Shown piece by piece: positions 37,134 through 50,000 of a stretch of DNA of 64,000 nucleotides. Positions within the stretch are counted from its first letter, which is position 1; each line of letters starts with the position of its first letter. The notes under the pieces were generated by a model. The model was not told the DNA's origin and made no database searches. It saw nothing but the letters and a program-made list of their open reading frames with translations. This DNA comes from Azolla caroliniana (Eukaryota; Plantae; Polypodiophyta). The position numbers and the translations under genes are program-made. Location of the stretch: contig JBHGNT010000007.1 in assembly GCA_043228905.1 (NCBI GenBank), positions 16,244,001 to 16,308,000 on the forward strand, in the 5' to 3' direction.

Positions 37134-38211
37134 AAAAAGGGCCTTTGCCCTAGACTAGTTGGTATTTAAACCAACCTCTTGTAACCTATTACTGTTGGAT
37201 GTAATATACAGTTTCTTGTTTTAGAGTTCTCTCTCTCTCTCATCCTCTCTCTTGTCTCACGTGCACGTGCACATACACACACACACACAGTCCTTCCGTT
37301 GCACAGAATCACTCTTGATTCTTTTCATGGTATCAGAGTGTGTGGTAGCTTGATCCAAACCCATTGCCTTTACATGTGTTGTGATAAAGCTCGCAGAGAA
37401 CTGACTGATCGTTGTAGCAGCGATTTCTGCACAACTCACATCAAGAGTAGAAGAAGTTCGACAATGAACACCCAGAAGGGAAGCACTCTTCCCACCGAGA
37501 AGCTTGATAGAACAAACTTTGCATCTTGGGAGTACAAGATGCATCAATACCTTGTCGGACAAGGTTACTGGAGCTACATCGATGGAGCTCACGAAACGCA
37601 ACCCAACCCGACACATGCCGACTACCTAGCGTGGGAGTAGGCCGTGAGCTGTGTGTTGTACTGCCTTGCGTCATGCGTTCATGACAACATGATCGGCTAT
37701 ATTCGAGATTCGAAAACGCCAAAAGAAGCTTGGGGAAATCTCAAGAAGATTTTTGCGGCTAATACAGCTGCAGCAAAGCTCCAACTTCGACATGAGCTAA
37801 ACAACGTGCAACAGAGGGACATGTCGATCACTGACTATACCTTGAAGATCAAGGAGCTGTGCGATGCCCTTGGTTCGATTAATGTCATCATCGATGATGA
37901 CGAAATAGTGCAAATATGCCTCGGCGGCTTGGCATCTCTATTCGGCATGATCAGATCGGCCATTCTTGCGGGGGAGAACCCTCCCTACTTTTTCGACTAT
38001 CAATCGATTCTGTTGGTTGAAGAAAATAACGTTCAACAAAGGAACAGTGCACCTGATGGTTAGATGCCCTACACCCAAGAGCGTAACTTCCACCAATGGC
38101 AAGAGGACAGAAATAGTCCCAGAGAGTTTGGCAGAAGGGGGAGCCACCTCGCTAGACCGAGCAATCGTAACAACCTGATCGAATGCGGGTATTGTGGAAA
38201 ACAAGGCCACT

Positions 38212-38927
38212 ATGAAGAGTAGTGCCGGAAAAAGATACAAGACTCGGCTTCGACTAGCCGACAACTCACAAACTACGCTTCAAATTCCTACTATGACAAT
38301 CGTGGCAGGATGTTTGTAATGAGGCATGAAGCACACTCGATGTCGGCATAGGCCCCGACTAGCACCTCTTCTTCAGATAACATATGGTTTGTCAACTCGG
38401 GAGCATCCAATCACATGACATCCCATGAAGATTGGTTCGTGGCAGGATGTTTGTAATGAGGCATGAAGCACACTCGATGTCGGCATAGGCCCCGACTAGC
38501 ACCTCTTCTTCAGATAACATATGGTTTGTCAACTCGGGAGCATCCAATCACATGACATCCCATGAAGATTGGTTCGTGGCAGGATGTTTGTAATGAGGCA
38601 TGAAGCACACTCGATGTCGGCATAGGCCCCGACTAGCACCTCTTCTTCAGATAACATATGGTTTGTCAACTCGGGAGCATCCAATCACATGACATCCCAT
38701 GAAGAGTAGTGCCGGAAAAAGATACAAGACTCGGCTTCGACTAGCCGACAACTCACAAACTACGCTTCAAATTCCTACTATGACAATCGTGGCAGGATGT
38801 TTGTAATGAGGCATGAAGCACACTCGATGTCGGCATAGGCCCCGACTAGCACCTCTTCTTCAAATAACATATGGTTTGTCAACTCGGGAGCATCCAATCA
38901 CATGACATCCCATGAAGATTGGTTCGG
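38212..38927 (+). repeat. Complex tandem amplification of the Copia-2 protease region (137-bp unit x4 plus a re-copied upstream segment)
   Basis: Units start at 38301, 38438, 38575 and 38788; 38706-38787 repeats 38219-38300. Confidence 0.95.
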
Positions 38928-39334
38928 AGAATTACGAATGCCTGATCCACCTGACTATGTCGAAACTGGAGATGATACGACTCACCCAATTCGGCATGTC
39001 GGAAATGACAGCAAACAAACCTACCTCAAGAACAACTTGCATGTCCCAACCATCATGAAACACCTGGTCTTGGTCGGCCAGATTTTCGAACATGGTATGC
39101 AAGTACGATTCAATAATGAAGGGTGCTTCATCGAAAAGGATGATCAAATCATAGCGCATGGTTGCCGTGAAGGACAAATGTTTATCCTCGAATAAGAGGA
39201 GGTGAAATCGTCTATGTCCACAAAAGGCTTCAAAGTCGAAACAGACTTGAAACTGTGGCACAAGAGAATCGACCACATCAATCTCCAAAAGCTCTAGAAC
39301 ATGTAGTCGAAAGGAGTTGTAATCGGACCAAGGT

Positions 39335-40096
39335 TGTTAGGTACGTAGTCGTAGTGTATTTCTACACTACGTGAAAAACTTATAAAGTACCGATTTAATA
39401 AATATGAATAAATAGTAGAAAATATTAAAATATATATAACATGCATAGGGCAAGATTCAAACCTTGCACCTCCATGTTAATAATGTGAAACCTTACCATT
39501 ACACTAGCATTTCATTAGTGTTAAAAAGTAGATGTCCCACATAGAAACCTAAGTTCACCTAGGATAAACTTCAGTTAAAAGAAAACGCATGCTAAAAGAA
39601 AAAGCTACGCATGCACATCTAGTGTGCATGAACGCTATAGTTGATAAAAAACGCACAAGTTAGAAAAAGCATGATCACTTTAGAAAAAGTATATAGTCTA
39701 TCTATAGGAAAAGCATGGAGTTTATAGTTAGAGAAAACGCATGGGTTGGAAAAGACTCTCTTATCTCTATATAAGGATGAGGAGCACAATGTAATGGGGG
39801 TGAAAAATATTTGGAAACTGGATATGTTTCTAAAAAACACCAATTAATAAACTATACTCGTGGGATTCACGAGGATTCTATATCATTCTCTTTCAACCCA
39901 AATTTATATTCTTATATTCATATTGATTAATCTAATACAATACACTCGTGGGATTAACAAGTTTGCTATAACTCTTTCTTACAACATATTTATATTCTTA
40001 TTAGCCTTAAAACTCTCCTCTTCCTAGTCCAAAACCCCATCGGTTCCCACCCGACTCACGCAACAATCCAACGCCAAGTGGTGAACCCGACGTGAA
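39335..40096 (+). mobile_element. LTR + tRNA-Trp PBS remnant inserted in the Copia-2 integrase region (rest deleted)
   Basis: AT-rich block interrupting the integrase, with a TATA-like TCTATATAAG at ~39766. It ends ...CAACGCCA-AG-TGGTGAACCCGACGTGAA, 18 nt complementary to the 3' end of plant cytosolic tRNA-Trp as recalled. The left boundary is approximate. Confidence 0.7.
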
Positions 40097-41083
40097 GAGG
40101 GGTGGTAAGGAGATGGAGATATTATTTCATGTTCATCGACGAATTCTCCAGGCATACCTGGCTCTACCCGATGAAACAGGAGAGCGAAGTGTTCAGCCAC
40201 TTCCAAAGGCTCAAGAACGGAGTTGAAAAAGCCACTAGTCGGCACATATGTTGCCTTCGATCGGATGGAGGCAAAGAATATTTCTCAGATGAGTTTACAA
40301 CATATCTCCGAAAGGAAGGAATACGACGATAATTCTCGTGTCGACATACACCTCAACAAAATGGTGTAGCTAAATGAAAGAATCGGCACATAGTAGAGGT
40401 TGCAAGGGCAATGATGAATGAGAAGAACCTGCCGAAATCGTACTGGGCAGAAGCGGCGAACACGACCATATATCTCATGAACAAGTGTACAACCTCTGGG
40501 TACACGACGTAACCCCTCATGAGAGGTTTTTTTGGAAAGAAGCTGGATTTATCACATGTCCAGATTTTCGGCTCAATCGCCTATATGCATATTCCCGACG
40601 AGACAAGACAAAAGCTCAACCCAAAGTCGGAGAAATGTATCCTTGTAGGGTACTCGCTCGAACAGAAGGGGTACAAACGTTACAACCCATCTACCTGTAA
40701 AGCTTGACTAAGTTGAGACGTTGTTTTCGACGAGTCGGCATCCTGGTACAATCCAGAGATGACTTCGATTTCTACTCCAATCGGCCTAAGGAGAGATAGA
40801 AGACGAATTTCGACTTGGACACATGTTCGAAGAAAGTCCGATTACGACCAGGCTTAGTGGACCACAGGAACCCCCGAGTGACCAAAGCACATCTCGATCA
40901 AGTCCGAAACACGAGAAAGGGAAGGCCAAGATGTCCGAATACGAAGATCCAATCGACAACGAGTCAACTCACTCCCTTGATAGTAAGTTCGAAGGTGTGG
41001 ACATCCCCATCATCAAAACGAATGGAGCGAAGAAAGCGTTAGTCTCCGCGAACAAGAAGCTACACCGGTCCACCCGTGAAAAG

Positions 41084-41800
41084 TGTTGGGAGACAGGTCC
41101 CTCCGGATGGGAAGTGAGAAGAATAGTGCTGATGAGCAAACTCGGCCTCGGCTGAAACCGGATGTGGAGTACCTGACTACGGGAGACCCGGTGAGAACCG
41201 GATGACGAGCACCCGGCTACGGGAGACCCGGTGAGAACTGGATGAAGAGTACCCGGAAACGGAAGACCCGGTGAGAACCGGATGACGAGTGCCCGACAAG
41301 CGCCGGATGATGCAGCCCCGGTGAGGAGTGCTCACCGGATGAAGGGACATATTCGTAAATATGTTTCTGAGAGTCCATCGGGGCTATATTTGTAAATAGC
41401 CGAAAAGTCATATTAGTATAAATATGACTTAGGGCAAACTTAGTACATTATGTTGTTGTCATTATTGTTGGTGTGAGATTAGAGCGCAACAATGTACAGA
41501 GAGAGAGTGAGAGAGAGTTAAAGAGACGAAGAGTTTGTATCTCTGTTGTAACTGCCGCCTGTGGCGAAGACAGTGAACAAGAGGTCGTTGCCTTTGTGTT
41601 CATCTATATGTATATTGTTACATAGTGATAGTTAGCAGTCAGTGGACTGCCGTGGTTTTTTCCTCGTGTTTGGGGTTTTCCACGTAAACATCCTGTGTAC
41701 TCTTCTCTCCATTGTGTCGTGCATTCATTCCCGTTTTGTGTTTGATTCTAAGCCTCGGTTGTGGCCGAGCGTAGTTCATTCGGAGCGTGTGTTCCTGTCA
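41084..41800 (+). mobile_element. Solo LTR related to the Copia-1 LTR family
   Basis: TG...CA termini and TSD AAAAG (41079-41083 / 41801-41805). It shares TGTTGGGA..GGTCCCT.CGGATGGGA, AAATAGCCCGAAA and TTTTCCACGT-type motifs with the Copia-1 LTR, and contains internal CCGGTGAGAACCGGATGA repeats. Confidence 0.92.
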
Positions 41801-42448
41801 AAAAGAACCCCGTAAGCCGATTTGGAGTACATGGCGTATCATTACGCCATTATGATGAAGGTGGCAACTGTCCGAGAGCTGGAAACACTTTTCGAAACCG
41901 TGAAGGACCCATGATGGGTTGACGCGATGAAAGAAGAAATGCAGGCCTTGTGCAAAAATGAGACTCGGGATCTTGTTCCTCATCCACCTCACAGGAAAGC
42001 AATTGGTTGCAGATGGATCTATAAGGTCAAATACAATGTCGATGGCTCCGTAAATCGCTTCAAAGCATGACTTGTTGCAAAAGGATATGCACAAAGGCAC
42101 GGAGTCGATTACGAGGAGACCTTTGCCCCGATGACAAAGATGACGAGTGTGCGGACTATAATTGCACTCGTAATCGCGAAAGGGTGGCATCTCCACCAAA
42201 TGGATGTCAAGAATGCCTTCTTCAAGGCGAATTGGAAGAGGAGGTGTGTGTATGGTACAACCACCCAGCTTCGAATCGCGTACTCATCCGAAAGTCGTGT
42301 GCCGACTCAAGAAGCCGATCTATGGCCTCAAGCAAGCACCACGTGCTTAGCATTCGAGGATTACTCAGTATCTTTACCAAATCGGCTTTTGAATGTCGAA
42401 ATCGGACAACTCCCTATACCTCCGAAACGAGCCACAAAACCCGATTGT

Positions 42449-43738
42449 TGTCATGATATGACAAAACTCGAACCCATGACCTTATGTTACATGGGTCGAG
42501 CTCTTGACCATTAGACTATATGTTGTAATACAATAAAAATTATTTTCCTTTAAGTTTTATTATAGAAAATTGATGTATGTTCCAAATTTCTCTGGAACAT
42601 TCTAGAAACTTTAGGAGTACTCCTGAGAACACTATAAAAGGAGGCACAAGGCATTATTTCGAACCGAATTGGTTCAACGCCAGTCTTAGCCTCCTAGCTA
42701 CTATTGTATATTCTCTTAACATAATATATATCTCTTTTGTTATCATCATTCTCTCTCTCTCTCTCTCTCTCTCACTCACTATTTCCTTCTCTCGAGAGTT
42801 GTACACCTTATTCATCGACAAAGGTTACAACATTTTATGCTTATACGGGCTATCACCCCCGGTGGTGTGTATTTGAAACCCTAGAGTTACCCACAAATCC
42901 TTGCGGAGAGGATCATTTGGAGCGGTTACGCAAGATACAAGCGGATTTAACTACTCATCTACTTTAAGCTCAACAAACACACAATGTTTACGCGGATCGT
43001 CATTGGCTTCCATCCAGTTTTAACATTGGAGATCGGGTATGGCTACTACGACGACACATCAAGACTACTCGTCCATGCAAGAAGTTGGATTATTGGCGAT
43101 TAGGTCCTTTCCGTATTATCGGAAAAATTAATGATGTTGCTTTTTGTCTCGATCTACCTCCACAACCTCGGATACATCCGGTGTTTCATAGTTCTCTCCC
43201 CAAACCCTATCAAGATAGCACCATCCTAGGTCATATTAAACAACCTCCAGCCCTGATCGCAAAAAGCTCTACTATTTAGTCGATTGGCTAGGATATAGTC
43301 CCAACGAGCATACTTGGGAACCAATAGAGAATGTGACCAATGCTCGTGCTCTTCTTGAAGACTTCCATCGTTAATATCTAGAAAAACCGGGTCCTCAATC
43401 CAAAAAGACTCGTGACACTTGTCGTTTTAAAGGGGGGATAGTGTCATGATATGGCAAGACTCGAACCCATGACCTTATGTTACATGGGTCGAGCTCTTGA
43501 CCATTAAACTATATGTTGTAATACAAGAATATTATTTTTATTTAAGTTTTACTATAGAAAATTGATGTATGTTCCAAATTTCTCTGGAACATTCTAGAAA
43601 CTTCAGGAATACTCTTGAGAACACTATAAAAGGAGGCACAAGGCATTATTTCGAACCAAATCGGTTCAACGCCAGTATTAAGCCTCCTAGCTACTATTGT
43701 ATATTCTCTTAACATAATATATATCTCTTTTGTTATCA

Positions 43739-43774
<36 letters not shown>

Positions 43775-43873
43775 ACTCACTCTTTCCTTCTCTCGAGAGT
43801 TCTACACCTCCCTTAGTACTAATCCTCATCTTTTAGTACTAATTCCTTCTCTGTCTTAGTACTGTTCCTGACA
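42449..43873 (+). mobile_element. Internally deleted chromovirus (Tcn1-like family) with both termini
   Basis: TSD ATTGT (42444-42448 / 43874-43878). A partial 5' LTR (42449-~42810) joins directly to integrase C-terminus/chromodomain remnants (AYTGYHPRW, LGPFRIIGKINDVAF, GYSPNEHTWEP). PPT at 43430-43441; 3' LTR 43442-43873. Confidence 0.92.
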
Positions 43874-43987
43874 ATTGTCATTATCCTATACGTGGATGAT
43901 CTAGTAATCAGAGGAAAGGATCTCGCTGAGATCATTAAGGTCAAATCACTCCTATCCGATAGATTTGAAATGAAAGACCTGCATGAG

Positions 43988-44571
43988 TGACGCGAAATAT
44001 GCGGAATGTTACTCGGCCACAACCAAGTCTCAGATCGTGTCGTTTCGAATCGAACACCGAGAATGGGAATAGAGGTGAATACACGTACACACAGATAATA
44101 TGAGAGAGGGTACACAATATGTTAACGTGGAAAACCCTGAGACGGAAAAACCACGGGAGCCCACAGACTCCAAACTATCACTATGTAAGAGGAATACAAT
44201 AGAGGAACATAGAGGCAACGACCTTGTGCTCACGATCTTTGCCTGGCGGCAGTTACAATAGAGACACGCTCTGTATCTCTCTCTCTATTACACTCTGTAC
44301 AGTAGTTGCACCAACAACTAGATACAATACTAATGACCAACGATAATAATCCACACACCCACTCTGTTTGGCCTAGGTCATATTTATACTAATATGAATT
44401 TAGGACTATTTACAGATATAGCCCCAATGGGCTCTCAGAAACATATTTCCATATATGTCCCTTCATCCGGTTCTCACCGGGTCTTCCTTGCTAGGTACTC
44501 ATCATCTGGTTCTCACCGGGTCTTCCTTGCCGGGTACTCATATCCCATTCGGAGGAACCGAAATCCTAACA
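43988..44571 (-). mobile_element. Solo LTR related to the Copia-1 LTR family, splitting Copia-2 RT (MKDLH|ELHYFLG)
   Basis: TG...CA termini and TSD ATGAG/ACGAG. It shares TTAACGTGGAAAACCCT, AAAACCACGGGAG and TCATATTTATAC with the Copia-1 LTRs. Confidence 0.9.
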
Positions 44572-47000
44572 ACGAGCTCCATTACTTCCTTGGCATCAAG
44601 GTAATTCGAACACTAGTCGAGATATTGATTTCTCAACGACACTACGTTCTCACCTTACTCTACAAGTTCGGAATGACCGAGTGCAAACCCGTGTCTACCC
44701 CTCTCAACCGAAATCTCAACCTCAATGTCGATTCGGGCACAACCGAGTGCGATCCAACTCAATATCGACAACTGATCAACAACCTGATTTATCTAACCAT
44801 CACACTACCCAACCTCAACTATACAATCGGCCTACTTAGCCAATTTATGTAGAACCGACGAAATGATCATCTCGATTGCGCTAAGAGGATACTTCGGTAT
44901 GTTAGTATGACGATGGATTACGACATCATGTATAAGTCGAATACACTTATTCGACTTGAAGGGTACATAGACGTAAACTAGGCCGGTTATAAGGCCGATA
45001 GACGATCCACTTCTGGATTCGTCTTCTCCCTCGGTAGCGGAGCGATCTCCTGGAGCAACAAGAAGCAACTGACTGTCGCATTGTCGAGCATAGAGGCCGA
45101 ATATAGGGGCGCAACTGTCGCCGCGTGCGAAGCTGTGTGGCTCAAACACATTTTGAAGGATGTGGGTGTTCCCATCACGGATCCAATTCACCTCTTCTGT
45201 GACAACATGAGCAACATCTACCTCGCTCGGAACCCGGTATTCCACACACGGACTAAACACATCGAAATGCACTACCACTTCATTTGCGAGCGCGTTCAGG
45301 GCGGCGAAATCGATCCCCAATATATCAGTACAAAGCTTCAAATTGCTGACATCTTTACGAAGGCCTTAGGAGTCAACAAGCTCAGGCAATTCATATTGGG
45401 CCTTGATCTCACGATCTCTACGTTGCCAAGCTTATCGGGGATTACAACAGGTGACACGGAAGCAACCGAGAAGCAGAAGTAACCAACCAGAGGAGTCGAA
45501 GTACGATGAACAACGACCATGAAGCCGAAAAGCCGAACAACCAAGTTGGAAGATTTTGAAAGCCGAACGCCGATTCATCCGAATCGAAGTATTCCGAAGA
45601 CCAAACCGAAACGACTTTTCGACATACAGAAGTTGTGTTCGAAGGGGCGTGTTGAGAATCGAACACAACTTCCCATAGAGAGAGCGTTCACACTAGTAAG
45701 TGGACATCGTACTACGACATTTATGTAATTAGTAGAAAGGGCATTTGCCCTAGACTAGTTGGTATTTAAACCAACCTCTTGTAACCTAGTTACTGTTGGA
45801 TGTAATATACAGTTTCTTGTTTTAGAATTCCCTCTCTCTCTCTCATTCTCTCTCTTGTCTCATGTGCACATACACACATAGTCCTTCCGCTGCATAGAAT
45901 CACTCTTGATTCTTTTCACTAAGCTTAAAACATTTCTCTCCCTGTGCAACTGTCTGTTTTCATCTTTGTGAATTTTGTCATAGTGCATAACTCTATCCTA
46001 GCTTAAAACATTTCTCTCCATGTGCAACTGTCTGTTTTCATCTTTGTGAATTTTGTCATGGTGCATAACTCTATCCTGCTTGCTACTTGTATTGTTTGCT
46101 TCTACTCATTGACAACTCATTGACAAGTCCTCAACCTTCCGCAACATACAACTTCAATACTCAACATTTGGTATCAGAGTGACTTGCAATCCGACGGCAA
46201 CAACATCAACCTGAGAAGATCAAAACCAATAGAAGGAAAGGGCTAGGTTAGCAAATCTCACTTCCTTCAGAATATGGCTTCAACATCCATCACGGGGTTG
46301 GAAATCCAGAAGTTCGGTGGAAAGTACTTTGCCCTATGGAAGGAGATGATGCAAGATACATATTGATCATCCGGTGTCAAATCAAGGTGATAGGACACAA
46401 CAACAAGCCAACCTCGATGTTAGCAGCTGAATAACGCTCCCTGGACAAGAAATCCAGGTCGACCATTCGAATGCATCTGGGCGACAACCTCTACTTCAAC
46501 ATGGCCAGAGAGACATCAACATTTGCCTTGTGGGAGTGTCAGGAATAGTACTAAAACAGAGATGGAATTAGTACTAAAGAACAACAGTACTATTAGTACT
46601 AAGAGGACGGGACTGCGTAAGATTCCCGAGAGAGGAAGTGAGAAGAGGAGAGAGAGAGATAGCGAGAATGAGAGAGAGAGAGAGATGATGACAACAGCTA
46701 ATATATTATGTGAAAAGGTAAGTACAAGCGGCTAAGAGGCTTAAGACTGGCGTTGAACCAATTTGGTTCAAAACAATGCCTTGTTCCTCCTTTTATAGTG
46801 TTTTTAGGAATAATCCTGAAGCTTCTAGAATGTTCCAGAGAGATCTGGAATATACATCAATTTTCTATGATAAAGTATAAATGAAAATAATATTCTACAA
46901 AATACAATTCATAGTCTAATGGTAAGAGCTCGACCCATGTAACATAAGGTCATGGGTTCGAGTCTAGCCATATCATGATACTCATGACACTATCTCCCCC

Positions 47001-50000
47001 TTAAAGACGGCGAGTGGAACGAGTCGACACTAATTGCGGACCGGGTTTGTCCGGATACTTTTGGTGGAAATCAACAAGAAGATCTTGTGCATTGGCAACA
47101 TTCTCGACGGGTTCCCAAGTACGTTCGCTCGGACTATAACCGAGCCAATCGACCAAGTAATAAAGTTTGTTGCGAACAAGTTTGGAATCGAGGATGGCAA
47201 CAACTTCATACTCCGGGCCGACGTCCAACTCCAGCGGGGGCGGCAGTGGTGTCACACGATCGGGAATGGTGTTTGCTTTATAAGGTTCAAGAAGAGAACA
47301 ATGGAAAACCGGATGTATCTGAAGCTGCGGAGGGAGATCAAGGCGGAAGGTGACATCATTAATCTTCCCCGTAATACGGAAAGGACCGAGTTGTCGATAA
47401 TCCAACTTGTCGCACGGTCGAGTAGTCTTGATGTGACTTGATGTGACGACGTAAGAGCCATACTCGATCTCCGATGGCAAAAGAGGAGGGAATCCGATGA
47501 CAATCCGCATAAGTCTTCTGTGTGTGTTGAGCATGACGAAGGTGAGTAGAGAGATCCATCTGGATCTTGCGTAGCCTCTCCAAATGATCCTCGGCACGAG
47601 GGTTGGTAGGTAGCTCCGGAGTGTCGATCCGACCAGCGAGGATGGAAACCAGTATAAGCGAAAAATGGGGAGACTCGAGTCGAGGAGTGAATAGCATTGT
47701 TATACGCAAACTCCGCATAGTGGAGAATCTCGGCCCAATCGTCATGTTGATAACTCAGGAAACACCGGAGATATTGCTCCAGCGTTTGGTTTGTTCGTTC
47801 CGCCTGTCCGTCGGTCTAAGGATGGTAGCCGGAGGAGAGGTTGCAGGAGACCTTGAGCATCTTGAAGAGATGCTGCCAAAATTTGGAGACAAATTGCGGG
47901 CCTCGGTCACTGATAATACTATCTGGGAGGCCATGATGCCGAAATACCTCACGCATAACAAGAGCGGCGGTTTCCTCGCTGGTGATGGCTTTATTACATG
48001 GCACAAAATGTGTCATCTTCGTATATCAATCGACGACGGTTAGGATAGCATCGAACCCCTTCGAGACCGGCAGATCTGTGATAAAATCAAGACAAATAGA
48101 CTGCCATGGCTTACTTGGAATTGGTAAAGGTTCCAACAAGCCATATGGATGGTGTCGTGGCATCTTTGCTCGGCAGCAAGCATCACAGGTCCGAACGTAG
48201 TCGTCGACAAAACGGCGCATGTGGGGCCACCAAAAAGATCGCTGCACTAGCTCCCACGTCTTAGTACTACCGAAATGTCCCGCCGTATGGGTGTCGTGAC
48301 AATGTTGGACGATTTGAAGGCGACAGGAGCAATCGGGGACATATACGCGTTTTTTAAAGAATAAGAAACCATCATGATATTCGAATTGTCGGTAGTCAAT
48401 ACCTGGTTGTTGAGACTGAGAACAGGATGCCCGAGAAGTATCAATGTGCGCTAGGATGTCTTGAGCAAAACTATCCGTCTTCAAGGTTGCACGTATGTCA
48501 TCGGTAATCCGTGAATCCATCGGGGTGTGAAAAATCCGCGTCGTGTGTAATCGTGTTGGTCCCAATATTACTTGCTTTTGATTATCAAATGTTGCGTCAC
48601 CAGGACGAGGTGCAAGATATGATTGCCGTGATAGTGCATCTGCTTTTCCTTGCTGCTTCCCCGGTCGATATGTGATTTTGAAGTCGAAACGGGTGAGGAA
48701 TTGCGCCCACCGAGCTTGCCGTCGATTTAGTACGCGAGCGTTCTGAAAATAAGCAAGATTTTTATGATCGCTAAAGACAATGACCTGATGTGGAGAGCCC
48801 TCTAAGAAATGCCGCCATTGTACAAATGAATCCACGATGGCTAATAACTCCTTGTCATGTATTTCATAGTTGATTTCTGCGACATTGAATTTGCGCGAAT
48901 GGAAAGCCACCGGAGCAACTCTTCTTTATCTCCTTGTTGAGAAAGGATGCTACCGAGGGCGAAATCTGATGCGTCGGCCTCCATGATGAATGGTTTGCTT
49001 GTATCCACATTAGCTAGAATCGGTGTTGATGTAAAGGCTTTCTTAAGATGCCGAAAAGCCATATATGCTTCGATGGACCAAAGAAATGCTTGGCCCTTCT
49101 TCGTAAGTTGTGTGAGAGGTAAAATAATCTTCGAGTAATCCTGTATAAACTTACGGTAGAAGTTAGCAAAACCTAGAAAACATTGTACATCTCGTACCGA
49201 CCGTGGAATTTGCCACTCTAGTACAGTTTGGATTTTAGCTGGATCCATGGAGATGCCCTTTGAGGAGATGACGTAGCCTAGAAATTCCACTTGCTTGCAG
49301 TCAAAGCTACATTTTTCTAGCTTGGCATAAAGACCATTCTCGCGGAGTCGCTTTAGTACTAATAGTACATGAGAATCGTGCTCTTCCTGGGTCTTCGAAT
49401 AAATCAACAGATCATCCAGATAAATGATCAAACAGATATCCAAGAGGTCTCTGAATATATCATTTGCCATGTGTTGGAAGACTGTAGGTGCATTGGTTAG
49501 GCCAAATGGCATAACAGTATACTCGAAATGCCCATACCGCGTGCGAAAAGCGATCTTCCACTCATCTCCCGGTCGGATCTGCACGAGATTATACGCTCCT
49601 CGTAGGTCGATTTTAGTAAAAAACTTGGCACCATTAACTCGCTCTAAAAGACTTGATATAAGAGGAAGTGCGTACCTATTCCGGATGGTGGCTTTATTCA
49701 ATCCGCGGTAATCAACGACAAGACGAAGTGAGCCATCTTTCTTCTTGACAAAGAAGATGGGTGCACCGGCCGGAGATTTCGAATGACGGATGAACCCGCT
49801 TGCCAAGTTCTCCTCTATGTAGGCTCGAAGGACTTCTAACTCGGTGGGTGATAACTTGTAAATTGGTCCCCATGGTGGCTCGGTTCCTGGTTGTAAATCG
49901 ATGGGACAGTCATAGGGACGGTGATGAGGAAGGGTACCAGCTTTTACCTTGTCAAATACATCGGCATAAGGATGATATTTTGCTGGAAGTTGTACTGAGG

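Larger units (their letters stand above)
36762..45918 (+). mobile_element. Older Ty1/copia element (Copia-2) carrying five nested insertions
   Basis: 5' LTR 36762-37327 (contains a MITE) and 3' LTR 45650-45918. PBS TGGTATCAGAG at 37328. TSD CTAAT/CTAAG. Gag starts MNTQKGSTLPTEKLDRTNFASWEYKM at 37463; other motifs are RSDGGKEY, QMDVKNAF, YVDDL and SSIEAEYRG. Many stops and frameshifts. Confidence 0.92.

Noticed and set aside
46905-46975. Genuine tRNA gene in the chromovirus LTRs
   Set aside because: A and B boxes are present, but no proper acceptor stem or canonical anticodon arm could be folded; reported as a tRNA-like module only.
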